Assembly: GCA_038087875.1 (NCBI GenBank)
Contig: CM075988.1
Location: forward strand, 11,906,001 to 11,966,000
DNA from: Malacoraja senta
Taxonomy: Eukaryota
Direction of reading: 5' to 3'
DNA length: 60,000 bases
Shown: piece by piece, positions 59,359 to 60,000 of the stretch
How positions within the stretch are numbered: position 1 is the first letter of the stretch
Layout of the letters: every line of letters begins with the position of its first letter
Notes under the pieces: generated by a model
What the model saw: the letters and a program-made list of their open reading frames with translations, nothing else
Told to the model about the DNA's origin: nothing
Databases searched by the model: none
Translations under genes and position numbers: made by a program

Positions 59359-60000
59359 TTTAAGAGATTTGCAAGCAACTTATTTCTATGATATGTAATA
59401 AATGGTAGGAAGCAGTGCCATTAACATTGGCATGAACATTTTGCAAAGCAGGCAAAAATCAGCACGCACACGTAACAACACAAAGTTTGCAACAACTGAG
59501 ATTGACTGTTTTACTGCCAACATTGGGGACAAAAGTGTGGCATGTGAGAAGGACATAATGGTCTGTCATTTTAATGGATAACAAAATATCATTAAATCAC
59601 AGGCAGTGCAGTGAAATTGCTGTTATTTTTCTGCAGCAGTTTCTTGATTTATTTTTGTGGCTCACGACAAGATTTCAAGCAAATCACATTATTTTCCATC
59701 GTTTTTGGAAGACTAATTTTATTGCCCTTTTATTTTTGTATTGTGATTTATATATAAGGGATTAAAGATATTTTATGGGAGATTGGTACAGATAATATGT
59801 ACTTGTGTTGAATGCAGAGACAATGTAGGAACACCAACAGATTTGACTATTTCACTCCTCAGAGGGTCAATGTCGTTTATTTGTGAAAATCAAAAATATG
59901 TTTCTTGCATGAAATAATATTCCCAGCCAGCAACAGCCTACAGTCATCCAGAACTTGTTAAATAATGTTACATTATGCTGAAAGATGTCAATCTTCATGG

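Noticed and set aside
1..60000. CRISPR arrays, operons or other prokaryotic systems
   Set aside because: The sequence is vertebrate genomic DNA; the repeats are dispersed transposable elements, not regularly spaced repeat-spacer arrays.

Overview
Eukaryotic, AT-rich, repeat-dense vertebrate DNA. The repeat complement (HE1-type V-SINEs, HER1/CR1 LINEs, Rex1, Penelope) points to a cartilaginous fish, probably a skate or ray (inference). The only host coding sequence I can support is the first coding exon ('1b'-type) of an IgLON cell-adhesion gene of the neurotrimin/OPCML type (54067-54245, +), with its promoter/5' UTR just upstream and intron downstream. The preceding ~53 kb is probably intron of a distal-promoter isoform, or intergenic. 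It is filled with truncated CR1, L2 and Rex1 LINEs, HE1 SINEs, three MITE-like DNA transposons, LTR-like repeats and a 1.6-kb Penelope RT/GIY-YIG remnant. The most striking pattern is more than 15 short Penelope-terminus-derived insertions. Many carry a minimal hammerhead ribozyme core (CTGAAGA-stem-GAAACGT[C/T]), several are palindromic, and several have target duplications that overlap the element ends. Repeat boundaries are read by eye and approximate; no database searches were run.
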